A stretch of 64,000 nt of DNA from an uncultured Acetobacteraceae bacterium (GTDB lineage: Bacteria; Pseudomonadota; Alphaproteobacteria; Acetobacterales; Acetobacteraceae). Numbering within the stretch: position 1 is the stretch's first letter; every line of letters starts with the position of its first letter. Where the stretch lies: NCBI GenBank assembly GCA_964242325.1, contig CAXTCI010000003.1, positions 216-64,215 on the forward strand, written 5' to 3'. The translations under genes were made by a program, and so were the position numbers. Shown here piece by piece: positions 19,316-28,286 of the stretch. The notes beneath the pieces are model-generated. The model saw only the letters and a list, made by a program, of their open reading frames with translations, did not search any database and was not told where the DNA came from.

Positions 19316-20893
19316 ATGCGACGTCGAACCCTCTTGGGCGCCGGAATGGCAGGCGCCGCCGCGCTCGCGCGCCCGTCCATCGTGCGGGCGCAATCCGCGA
19401 CCACGCTGCGCTTCGTCCCCTATGCCGACCTCGCCTTGCTCGACCCGGCCGTCAGTGCCTTCGTGACGCGCAACCACGTGCTCATGGTGTTCGACACCCT
19501 GTTCGGCGTGGACGAGGCCGGAACGGCGCAGCCGCAGATGCTGGCGGGCTACACCACCGAGCCGGACGGCCTGACCTGGACCCTGACGCTGCGCGACGGG
19601 CTGCGTTTCCATGACGGCAGCCCGGTGCTGGCGCGCGACGCCGTGGCCAGCATCCGGCGCTGGTGGGTGTCCGATGCCTTTGGCCAGGCATTGGCCGCCG
19701 CGACGGACGACCTGTCCGCCCCTGATGACCGCACGATCCGCTTCCGCCTGCGCCGCCGCTTCCACCTGTTGCCCGATGCCCTGGCGCATCCCACCAACAC
19801 CATGTGCGCCATCATGCCGGAGCGCCTGGCCGCCACCCCGGCCAGCAGCCGGCTGAACGAGATGGTCGGCAGCGGCCCGTTCCGCTACCTGCCGGCGGAG
19901 CGCGTGCCCGGCGCCCGCAACGTTTATGCCCGCTTCGATAACTACGTGCCGCGGGGGGGCACGCCGTCGTTCACCGCCGGGCCGCGCACCGTGCACTTCG
20001 ACCGCGTGGAGTGGCTCACCACCCCCGATCCCGCCACCCAGGTCGCGGCGCTGCAAGCGGGCGAGGTGGATTGGGTGGAGCAGCCCCTGATGGACCTGGT
20101 GCCCTCGCTGCAGGCCAACCGGGCGCTGCGGGTGGAGGTGGTGGAGACCAAGGGCCTGATCGGCTTCCTGCGCTTCAACCAGCTATTCCCACCTTTCGAC
20201 AACCCGGCGATCCGCCGCGCGGTGCTGCGGGCGGTGAACCAGCGCGAGTTCATGGAGGCCGTGGTAGGCGACAATGCCCCGTTCGACACCCATTGCGGCC
20301 TGTTCACCACCGGCACGCCGCTGGCGAACGACGCGGGGATGGAGGCGCTGAGCGGCGCCCACGCCATCGACGGGCTGCGGCGCGAGCTGGAAGCGGCGGG
20401 CTACAAGGGTGAGCGCATCATCTATCTTGAGCCGACGGACGTGCCGCGCATCAACGCCATTGCCGAGGTCGGCGCCAGTATGCTCCGGAAGCTCGGCATG
20501 AACGTTGATGTCGTCGCCACCGACTGGGGCACCACCGTCCAGCGCTCGGTCAGCCGCAAGCCGCCGGACGGGGGCGGCTGGCACATGTTCGCCGCGTTCT
20601 CCGGCGGCTGGGATATGATCAACCCCGGCGGCCACCAACTGATGCGCGGCAACGGCGATAACGCCTACAACGGCTGGCCCACGCTGCCAAAGCTGGAAGC
20701 GCTGCGCGACGAGTGGCTGCAGGCGGAGGACCAAGCGGCGCAGCTCGCCCTGGCGCGCAGGATGCAGGAGCAGGCGCTGCAAGATGTGCCCTACCTGCCG
20801 GTGGGATCGTACTACCAGCCCGTCGCCTACAAGGCAGACCTGACCGGAGTTCCAAAAGGGTTGGTGCAGTTCACAGGCGTCAAGCGGGGCTGA
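19316..20893 (+). CDS. ABC substrate-binding protein, family 5 (peptide/nickel/opine type), Tat-type signal
   Basis: MRRRTLLGAGMAGAAALARPSIVRAQS followed by a typical family-5 body (LRFHDGSPV). No adjacent permease or ATPase genes. Confidence 0.85.
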   Translation: MRRRTLLGAGMAGAAALARPSIVRAQSATTLRFVPYADLALLDPAVSAFVTRNHVLMVFDTLFGVDEAGTAQPQMLAGYTTEPDGLTWTLTLRDGLRFHDGSPVLARDAVASIRRWWVSDAFGQALAAATDDLSAPDDRTIRFRLRRRFHLLPDALAHPTNTMCAIMPERLAATPASSRLNEMVGSGPFRYLPAERVPGARNVYARFDNYVPRGGTPSFTAGPRTVHFDRVEWLTTPDPATQVAALQAGEVDWVEQPLMDLVPSLQANRALRVEVVETKGLIGFLRFNQLFPPFDNPAIRRAVLRAVNQREFMEAVVGDNAPFDTHCGLFTTGTPLANDAGMEALSGAHAIDGLRRELEAAGYKGERIIYLEPTDVPRINAIAEVGASMLRKLGMNVDVVATDWGTTVQRSVSRKPPDGGGWHMFAAFSGGWDMINPGGHQLMRGNGDNAYNGWPTLPKLEALRDEWLQAEDQAAQLALARRMQEQALQDVPYLPVGSYYQPVAYKADLTGVPKGLVQFTGVKRG

Positions 20894-21192
20894 CGGGTCT
20901 GGGATAACTTGGAACCGCGCCGTTCAGAACGTTTGAACCCCGATCGCGAGAGCCTCGCGCAGTAGCCGCGCGCCATGCCGGTGTTGGACCTCACCGTCCC
21001 GGTTGCAACGCCGCGGACGGCCATATGGCACCGCGGATGCCGCGTCACGGGACCACGGAGCCCAGGACTCCAACGCAAGCTGCGGGGCGGCAGCTCAACT
21101 CAGGGGTCCGATCCCCTTGGCGTCCTTGGAACAGGTGCCGCGAGTTCTGATATCCTATTCCCCGGGAACATCGAGACACGGAGGTAGCGGCG

Positions 21193-21456
21193 ATGGCGAG
21201 CGGTTGGGCCCCGGACGGGGCGGTCCAGGACCAGATTGACGATACCGTCAGGGACGGCGTGCTGCGGGCGCGTGCACGCATGCAGGCGGGCGAGGGCGCA
21301 ACCCATTGCGTTGAATGCGGAGAGGAGATCCCCGAGGCGCGCCGCCGTGCATTGCCCGGCGTCCGGACCTGCATCGCGTGCCAGTCGGCCCATGACAGCC
21401 GTCCCGCGAACATCGGCTTCAACCGCCGGGGCAGCAAAGACAGCCAGCTCAAATAA
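21193..21456 (+). CDS. TraR/DksA-family C4 zinc-finger protein
   Basis: 87 aa with CVECGEEIPEARRRALPGVRTCIAC (CxxC-N17-CxxC). GGAGG lies 8 nt upstream of the ATG. Confidence 0.8.
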   Translation: MASGWAPDGAVQDQIDDTVRDGVLRARARMQAGEGATHCVECGEEIPEARRRALPGVRTCIACQSAHDSRPANIGFNRRGSKDSQLK

Positions 21457-21490
21457 AGCCCTGCCTCAAGGCCCAATGGGACGGTTCACC

Positions 21491-22432
21491 TCACCCCGGT
21501 TCCGCACAGGCGCATCCGTCCATGATCCCGCTGATTTCCGCGGCGGAAAGGACACCGATCTCGGCGATGAACACGATGCGCGCCCGAGGTGCCCCGGGCG
21601 GCGTCGGCCCAGCCGGGGCTAGGGTCGCGCGCCCACCGGCGAGTTGGAACAGCATCTGGCGGCCAGGCTGCTCGACCGTCTCAAAGAAGCCCTTGGCCCT
21701 GGCGAGCCTAGGCGCAAGCTGACCGATGGCGCGTTGCAGGCGGGCCAGCGACACCGGTTGCTGAGAGACCCAACTAAGGGTCTCGAACCGCTCCATTGCC
21801 GGATGCCGCCGGCCCGGGTCGCGCGGCGCCGGTGCACGGTCGGGGTCTCCAGGAAACAGCAGCGCCGGGGGCACCTGGCCATGCCAGGCATCCACCAGGA
21901 CCGCTGCTGGCTTGATCGCCGTCACGGCCCGGCGGATCAACTCCCGCCCGCCAGCGTCCGCCAGGTCCACCTTGCTCAGCGCCACGATGTCCGCGGACCT
22001 GATCTGTGAACCAAGCAAAGCATCATCCAGCGCCTCAGCCGGCGCCGTCGCGTCCACCACGCACAGCACCGTCTCCAATGGCGCCTCCCGCCAGATCACG
22101 GGGTCCATGAGGTTGCGGACGATATCCGCGGGGTCGGCGACGCCGCTGGTCTCGATCACGATGGCCTCCGGGCGTGGGCTGCGCCGCAGGATCGCCGCAA
22201 GCGTGCGCAGCAGGTCGCCCTCCAGCGAGCAGCAGATGCAGCCGTTGGCCAGGCTGACAACCCCATCGCTGGCGCCGGCGATCAGCTCGGCGTCGATGTT
22301 GATGGCGCCGAAGTCGTTGACCACGGCAGCGATCCGCCGCCCCTCGGCATGGGCCAGCATGTGATTGACCACCGTGGTCTTGCCCGCACCCAGGAAGCCG
22401 GTGACAAGCAGGATCGGGACCGGCAAGCCCAT
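21491..22432 (-). CDS. COG0523 (CobW/HypB/UreG-class) GTPase metallochaperone
   Basis: Start trimmed to ATG 22432 (MGLPVPILLVTGFLGAGKTT, P-loop). CxCC motif GCICCS. Its ATG overlaps the TGA of the upstream amidohydrolase (ATGA). Confidence 0.85.
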   Translation of the reverse strand: MGLPVPILLVTGFLGAGKTTVVNHMLAHAEGRRIAAVVNDFGAINIDAELIAGASDGVVSLANGCICCSLEGDLLRTLAAILRRSPRPEAIVIETSGVADPADIVRNLMDPVIWREAPLETVLCVVDATAPAEALDDALLGSQIRSADIVALSKVDLADAGGRELIRRAVTAIKPAAVLVDAWHGQVPPALLFPGDPDRAPAPRDPGRRHPAMERFETLSWVSQQPVSLARLQRAIGQLAPRLARAKGFFETVEQPGRQMLFQLAGGRATLAPAGPTPPGAPRARIVFIAEIGVLSAAEISGIMDGCACAEPG

Positions 22433-23922
22433 CAGCCGGCGGCGACGGGCCGGCGCACTGGCTGGCCCGGCCGCGCCGCCACGTCCATCACCCCGTCGGT
22501 GATCACCGGCTGCCCACGGACCAGGAGGTGCCTGACGCCCTCCGCCGGGCGGTTCATCGCCGAGAACTCGGCCCGGTCGGTCAGCGTATCCAAGTCGAAC
22601 ACCACCACGTCGGCATCCGCGCCCGGCTGCAGCCGCCCCTTGGCGTGCATGGCGGGCGTGCTGGCCTCCAGGATCTCGGCTGGAATTGACGTGCACTTGC
22701 GTATCCCGTCCAGCAGCGAGACCGCCTGGCGCTCACGCACCCAATGGCGCAGGAAGCGGGTGAACGTGCCGGCGGACCGCGGATGCGACGTGGCGTCATC
22801 CGGCAGCGGCCAGGCGTCGCCGGTATAGGTCGTGCCATCCGCCAGGGACCACGGCATCGCATCCGACGCGATGGCCCCGCCGGGATACAGCACCGACATG
22901 TCCAGCATCGCGCGGTGACGCTCGTTGTTCTCGGTATCCAGGATGTGCCACAGCACCAGGGTCGAGGGTTCCTCCGCCTGCGCCGCCAGCAGCTCCTCCC
23001 GGTTGCGGAACCGCCGCCCGTCGGTCACCCGCTGCACCGAGTCGTAGCCGGTGCCGTTCCTCGCCTCGAACTCGGGATCGCTGAAGAAAGCGGCGGCCAG
23101 CACGGTGGAGCCGGTGCCATAGGGATAAGCCTCCAGCGTGATCGGTAGGCCCTGCTGCTGCGCCTTCGCCACCAGTTCGGCGCAACGCTCCACGTCCGTC
23201 TTGCTGGAGCTGTTGAAGTGGCAGATGTGCATGTGCGCCCCTGTGGCGCCGGCATAGCCAATCAGGCGGACATACGCCTCGACGGCGCTTTCCGGATCGA
23301 CGCGCGACATGTAGGCGATGTGGGTGAAGGTCGGCACGCCATGCCCCGCCGCCAACTGGCACACCGCCGTAAGCTCCTGCACCCCGGCGCCGGGCGCATA
23401 GGCGTTCAGGATGCCGATGCCGATGCCGCCCTCGTCCAGGCCACGCCCGAGGCGCCCGAGTATCCCCGCCACCTCCGCTTCGCTGGCGACGTTCTCCACC
23501 CAGCGGCGGTCCCGCATGGCCCGGCCGAACGCTTCCAGCGAGGCTTCCTCGTTGGACCCGGTCATCGCGCCGATGCGGGCGAACGCCCAATTGGCCGAGG
23601 CGCCGTAGTTCAGTATCCGTCCCTGGGTGGCCTGGCGGCGATACCAGGCTGCGACCGGCATCACTCCCGCCTCCAGGTCGAGGGTCGTCGTCACCCCGTC
23701 GAAGGCCTGCATGCGGTCTGCGGGGATGGACTGGCCATGCGCGTGCAGGTCTATGAAGCCGGGGGCCACCACCAGCCCGGCGGCGTCAATGACCCGCTCG
23801 GCGCCGCCCAGCCCCGTCCCCACGGCGGCGATGCGGCCATCCAGCAGGGCCACGTCGCCCACGGCGTCCATCCCGCTCGCCGGGTCCACCACCCGGCCGC
23901 CTTTGATCACCAAGCCACTCAT
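22432..23922 (-). CDS. Amidohydrolase-superfamily D-aminoacylase / N-acyl-D-amino-acid deacylase-like enzyme
   Basis: MSGLVIKGGRVVDP..APGFIDLHAHG (HxH metal motif). C-terminal GADADVVVFD..LLVRGQPV. GAGGTG lies before ATG 23922. Confidence 0.85.
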   Translation of the reverse strand: MSGLVIKGGRVVDPASGMDAVGDVALLDGRIAAVGTGLGGAERVIDAAGLVVAPGFIDLHAHGQSIPADRMQAFDGVTTTLDLEAGVMPVAAWYRRQATQGRILNYGASANWAFARIGAMTGSNEEASLEAFGRAMRDRRWVENVASEAEVAGILGRLGRGLDEGGIGIGILNAYAPGAGVQELTAVCQLAAGHGVPTFTHIAYMSRVDPESAVEAYVRLIGYAGATGAHMHICHFNSSSKTDVERCAELVAKAQQQGLPITLEAYPYGTGSTVLAAAFFSDPEFEARNGTGYDSVQRVTDGRRFRNREELLAAQAEEPSTLVLWHILDTENNERHRAMLDMSVLYPGGAIASDAMPWSLADGTTYTGDAWPLPDDATSHPRSAGTFTRFLRHWVRERQAVSLLDGIRKCTSIPAEILEASTPAMHAKGRLQPGADADVVVFDLDTLTDRAEFSAMNRPAEGVRHLLVRGQPVITDGVMDVAARPGQPVRRPVAAG

Positions 23923-24101
23923 GTCGTCACCTCGCACGCCAAGAACCCGCACTCCCGCAGCCCGTCGCACGCACCGGGCTTACCTTCCCGCTGCGGTCAC
24001 GCTGAACTCGCCGCAATCGTCTATCTTTGTCTCGGGCGGCTGCTCGTCAAAACAGCCCGAGGCCGGCCACGAGCAGCCCGAATAAGGACCGGGTAGAGGG
24101 T

Positions 24102-25280
24102 TCAAAGCCCCGCCCGTCCCAGGTTCATGATCGCACGGGCGCAGGACTGTGCACGGGGCACCAGGCTGTCCACCTCCAGGAACTCGTCCGCGGTGTGCGC
24201 CTTGCCGCCCACGGGACCCACGGCGCAGATCGTGGGCGCGCCCACCCCGGCGGTGAAGCCGCTATCGGCGCAGCCGCCGGTGAACTCGCCCTCGACGTGC
24301 AGGCCGCTCGCTGCCGCGCTGTCAACATACAGGTCGAACAGGCGCTTGGCGTCGGCGGACTGCACCAGGGGCGCAAACTCGCCCTTGATGACCAGTTCGG
24401 ACTTGGTGCCGGGCACATAGGCGCGCTCGATGATGGCGCCGATACGGGCCATCACGTCTTCGCGGTCGGCAGGCTCGACGTAGCGCAGGTCAATCTGGCC
24501 CTCTGCCCAGGGAGCGACCGTGTTGACGCTCTGCCCGCCGCTGATGAGCCCGACATTGAGGGTGATGCCGCGCCCGAGATCGGTCAGCGCATGGATCGCG
24601 GTGATCTTTTGCGCCAGTTCACCGATCGCGCTGATCCCGTCCTGGAAGCTGCCGCCGGAATGGGCGGCCTTGCCGGTTACGCGCATCACCATGAACACGC
24701 CACCCTTGCGGCCGGTGACGACGTTGCCGGTGGCGCGGCCCGGCTCGCTGTTGAAGACGGCGCGGGCGTGCCGGGCTTCCGCCTCGATGACGGGGCGGCC
24801 TTCCGGGCTGCCGATCTCCTCGTCGCCGGTAAACAGGCCGACGAGCGGGGCCGGGCTGCCGCCGAACCGGGCGAATGCGGCGAGCACGAAGCAGTTCATC
24901 ACCAGCCCGGCCTTCATGTCGGCGACGCCAGGCCCGTAGGCACGGCCGTCCCGGATGGTGAAGGGTCGGCGGCCCACCTCGCCGCCGGGGAACACGGTGT
25001 CGCGGTGACCCATCAGGACGATGTTGCCGCCGGCGTTGGACGGCTCGGGGACCGGGACGGTGGCGCGCAGGCAGTCGCCGTACCGGGACTGCGGCAGATG
25101 CTCGACCGGGATGCCGTGTTCGGACAGGAACCGTTCCGCCACGGCGCCCACGGCGTCAATGCCGGGCTTGTCGTAGCTGCCGCTGTCGATATCGACCATC
25201 TCGCGCAGCAGGCCGATCATGGCGTCGTGCTGGGCGGCGAGCCAGCCGGTGATGGCGGCCTCGGGGGATTGGGCGTCCAT
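24102..25280 (-). CDS. M20-family metallopeptidase (glutamate carboxypeptidase/CPG2-like)
   Basis: Motifs GHRDTV, GVADMKAG and GDEEIGS. Start trimmed to ATG 25280 (MDAQSPEAA). Confidence 0.85.
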   Translation of the reverse strand: MDAQSPEAAITGWLAAQHDAMIGLLREMVDIDSGSYDKPGIDAVGAVAERFLSEHGIPVEHLPQSRYGDCLRATVPVPEPSNAGGNIVLMGHRDTVFPGGEVGRRPFTIRDGRAYGPGVADMKAGLVMNCFVLAAFARFGGSPAPLVGLFTGDEEIGSPEGRPVIEAEARHARAVFNSEPGRATGNVVTGRKGGVFMVMRVTGKAAHSGGSFQDGISAIGELAQKITAIHALTDLGRGITLNVGLISGGQSVNTVAPWAEGQIDLRYVEPADREDVMARIGAIIERAYVPGTKSELVIKGEFAPLVQSADAKRLFDLYVDSAAASGLHVEGEFTGGCADSGFTAGVGAPTICAVGPVGGKAHTADEFLEVDSLVPRAQSCARAIMNLGRAGL

Positions 25281-25869
25281 GTTCGCGTCCTTGCTGGGTG
25301 GCTCTGGGGAGTGTGGCTGGACAAATCCTTGCGCGGAAGCGGGGCGGCGTCGAGACCCGTCGCACGGCCGCTTGGCGGCATGCCGTCGTGCTGCGCCTGG
25401 CGCAGACCGGACGCTGCCCCTGGCTGGAGGGCTCGTCGCAATATATGCCGGGATGGTGCGGCCCCTGCTGGTACCGGCCTTGCTGGCAGCCGCATCACGG
25501 CCCGCCAAACCGCCTGCGTCGGCAAGACTGGAATGCGCGGAACGCCCGCACCACTCTCCTCTGCTCAACACCGCGATAGCCTCGATGCGATGTGGACGCG
25601 GCAACGGACCGGCGCGAACGTCTCTACAGCTTGGTGCTCACCAAGAACTCGGCGAGCTACGAGCGGCAGGTGCGTCAGCGGCAGAAGGATTCGAAGGACT
25701 TGGACCTGCTGGAACGCCAGCGGGTCATCGCAGGGCCGCGAATGGGGGACCGCAGCGACGGGCCACGCCGCCCTGAACACCCCCCGCCCGGGGGTTGCGT
25801 CACCGCCGTACCCAGCCGACGTTTAAAAGATCGCGGCCTTCCCGGCCGCGTGGGATCCCGAGGGGCGCA

Positions 25870-26571
25870 ATGCGGCTGGCTGAGATGAACTGGATGCAGG
25901 TCGAGCGCTACCTGCAGGACGATGACCGGTGCGTGGTGCCGCTCGGCAGCACGGAGCAGCATGCGCAGCTCAGCCTCCTGGTTGACACCATCCTGAGCGA
26001 GCGCGTCGCGACGGAGGCCGCGCAGCCCTTGGGAGTCCCGGTGTTCCCGGTGCTCGCCTACGGCATCACGCCCTACTTCCAGGCTTATCCCGGCACCGTC
26101 AGCCTGCGCATGGACACCTACCTGCGCGTCGTCCGCGACATCCTGGATGGGCTGGCCCGGACCGGGTTCCGCCGCATCCTGCTGTGCAACGGTCACGGCG
26201 GCAATGCGCCGGTGGCGAGCCTGGCACCCGAGTGGATGGCGGACCATCCCGGCCACCGCGTGCAGGTGCACAACTGGTGGAACGCTCCCCAGACCCTAAA
26301 GAAGGTGCAGGAAACCGACGCGGTGGCCTCCCATGCCTCATGGATGGAGAACTTCCCCTGGACGCGCCTGCCGAACCTGCGCGGGCCGGAGGAGGCCAAG
26401 CCCATGGCCGACCTCGACCGCCTGCGGCTGCTGTCCCCGGACGAGGTACGCCGCACGCTGGGCGACGGGAACTATGGCGGGGCCTACCAGCGCAGCGACG
26501 AGGAGATGCTGGCCATCTGGCAGGTCGCAGTCGAGGAAACCCGGTCCCTGATCGAAGGGCCTTGGGCCTGA
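25870..26571 (+). CDS. Creatininase-family amidohydrolase
   Basis: Motifs PLGSTEQH and CNGHGGN. ATG 25870 is preceded by GAGGGG. Confidence 0.85.
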   Translation: MRLAEMNWMQVERYLQDDDRCVVPLGSTEQHAQLSLLVDTILSERVATEAAQPLGVPVFPVLAYGITPYFQAYPGTVSLRMDTYLRVVRDILDGLARTGFRRILLCNGHGGNAPVASLAPEWMADHPGHRVQVHNWWNAPQTLKKVQETDAVASHASWMENFPWTRLPNLRGPEEAKPMADLDRLRLLSPDEVRRTLGDGNYGGAYQRSDEEMLAIWQVAVEETRSLIEGPWA

Positions 26572-26966
26572 GCGGCCCGGGGAAGGTCAGCGCGGCGCTG
26601 CTTGCTGCCATCGTGCGCAGCGCCAGCCCAAGGCTGATGCAGCGGGACATCATCGCGGGCGGCCGGTCGCCGGCGCGGGCAAGGTTTGCTGCCGGCATAA
26701 CAGCGATGTGTTGAACCGCCGGAACCGCTGGTTCGCCATCAAGCCTCCTCCCGGCCAATCGCCTCGATCGGCCCGGCAAACAGCATTTCCCGCTGCATCC
26801 AGGCTGTCCAACTCCACCCGATACCGCCGGCGGCAGGTCTCATGACCCACTGCGCCCATCCCATTGGGCGTCGGCACGCCCAGCGCCGCCGGTGATCAAC
26901 TCCTGTCGTCAACACCTGGACGGATGCACAACGCCCGGCTTTGATGCCGCCCCGACGCAGTACGGG

Positions 26967-28286
26967 ATGGTGGCCTTGGACGACTGGACAGCAGCGAAAG
27001 TCCTAGACCTCGCCCCGGATGCCGCAAGCCGCAAGGCCGGGCAGGGCCTTGGCCGGGCGCCCGCCTGGCTGCGGACGGGCCGGGACGGCCGCCTGGCCTG
27101 GGGCGAGATCAAGGGCAGCGGCGCCGCCCCATACATCACGGTACTTTCGTTGGATGGGCCAGTTTTCAAGTGTTCGTGCCCCAGCCACAAGTTCCCCTGC
27201 AAGCATGGCTTGGGATTGCTCCTCGTGCTGACCGCGGGCGCCATTCCCGCCGCGGAGCCGCCGGACTGGGTGGCGCAATGGCACGCCAAGCGCACGGCCG
27301 CCGCCGCCACTCGGCCTGCCGCCGACAAGCCGGTGGACGCCAAGGCGCAGGAGCGCCGCCGGCAGCAGCGCGAGGCCAAGGTGGACGCGGGCGTCGGCGA
27401 GCTGGAGTTGTGGATGCGCGACCTGGTCCGCCGCGGCCTGGCCAGCGCGCGGAGCGAGCCATATGCCTTCTGGGACCGCATGGGCGCCCGACTGGTGGAC
27501 GCGCAGGCTCCCGGCCTGGCCCGGCGGGTCCGCGACCTGCCCGGCCTGCTCGCCCGCGGCGGAGAGGACGCTGCGGTGCTGGCCCTGGGCCGGCTGACCC
27601 TGCTGCTGCAAGGCTGGCGGCGGCAGGACGCTCTGCCCGACGCGCTGCGGGCGGAGTTGCGGTCAGCGGTCGGCTTCCCGGTCACCGCGGAGGACCTCGC
27701 GGCGCTGCCGGGGGTTGCAGACGTGTGGACGGTGATGGCGCAGGTCACCGAGGCTGCGGAAGCGTTGCAGGTCCGCTCGACCTGGCTTGCCGGAACCAGC
27801 GGACGGATTGCCCTGCTGCTGGACTTTGCCGCTGGCGAGCGGCCCCTGCCGGCGGCGTCCCGCCCGGGCCAGGCGTTCCGGGGGGAGGTGGTGTTCCACC
27901 CGGGCGCGTCCGGGCTGCGCGGCGTGATCCGGACACAGGCGCCTGCGGTGGCACAGCCTTTGCTGGGCGTGGGCATCACCGCGGCGCTTGACGGGGTCGG
28001 AGAGGCGCTGTCCCGGGTGCCTTGGCTAGAGGAATGGCCGATGACCCTGCGCGGAGTGCGGTTCGCCCGGGTCGGGGGCAAGTGGGCGGTTGCAGATGAC
28101 GGGATGCTGCTTCCGGTTGCCGATGCCCCGTCCATGGTCCCATTCGTCGCCATAGCCGGCGGCATGGCGGCGGACATATTCGGCCTTTGGGATGGGCAGG
28201 CGCTGCGCCTGCTGGCGCTCGGGCAGGCGGGCCGGCTGCATCATCCCGTCATGGCCGATCCCACCCTGGTGCGGCAGGTGGCATGA
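26967..28286 (+). CDS. SWIM zinc-finger protein (YehQ-like), gene 1 of the 5-gene operon
   Basis: SWIM CxCxnCxH motif in FKCSCPSHKFPCKHGLGLLL. The N-terminus MVALDDWTAAKVLDLAPDAASRKAG resembles homologues I recall. An alternative GTG start at 26892 is possible. Confidence 0.8.
   Translation: MVALDDWTAAKVLDLAPDAASRKAGQGLGRAPAWLRTGRDGRLAWGEIKGSGAAPYITVLSLDGPVFKCSCPSHKFPCKHGLGLLLVLTAGAIPAAEPPDWVAQWHAKRTAAAATRPAADKPVDAKAQERRRQQREAKVDAGVGELELWMRDLVRRGLASARSEPYAFWDRMGARLVDAQAPGLARRVRDLPGLLARGGEDAAVLALGRLTLLLQGWRRQDALPDALRAELRSAVGFPVTAEDLAALPGVADVWTVMAQVTEAAEALQVRSTWLAGTSGRIALLLDFAAGERPLPAASRPGQAFRGEVVFHPGASGLRGVIRTQAPAVAQPLLGVGITAALDGVGEALSRVPWLEEWPMTLRGVRFARVGGKWAVADDGMLLPVADAPSMVPFVAIAGGMAADIFGLWDGQALRLLALGQAGRLHHPVMADPTLVRQVA

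Noticed and set aside
20925-20941. Near-palindrome GTTCAGAACGTTTGAAC downstream of the orphan binding-protein gene
   Set aside because: Only 6 of 8 positions pair. It is a single occurrence with no associated regulator, so it is not supportable as an operator.
24027-25826. 599-aa plus-strand ORF
   Set aside because: Antisense to the M20 peptidase, which has clear HRDTV, DMKAG and DEEIGS motifs. Shadow-ORF composition.
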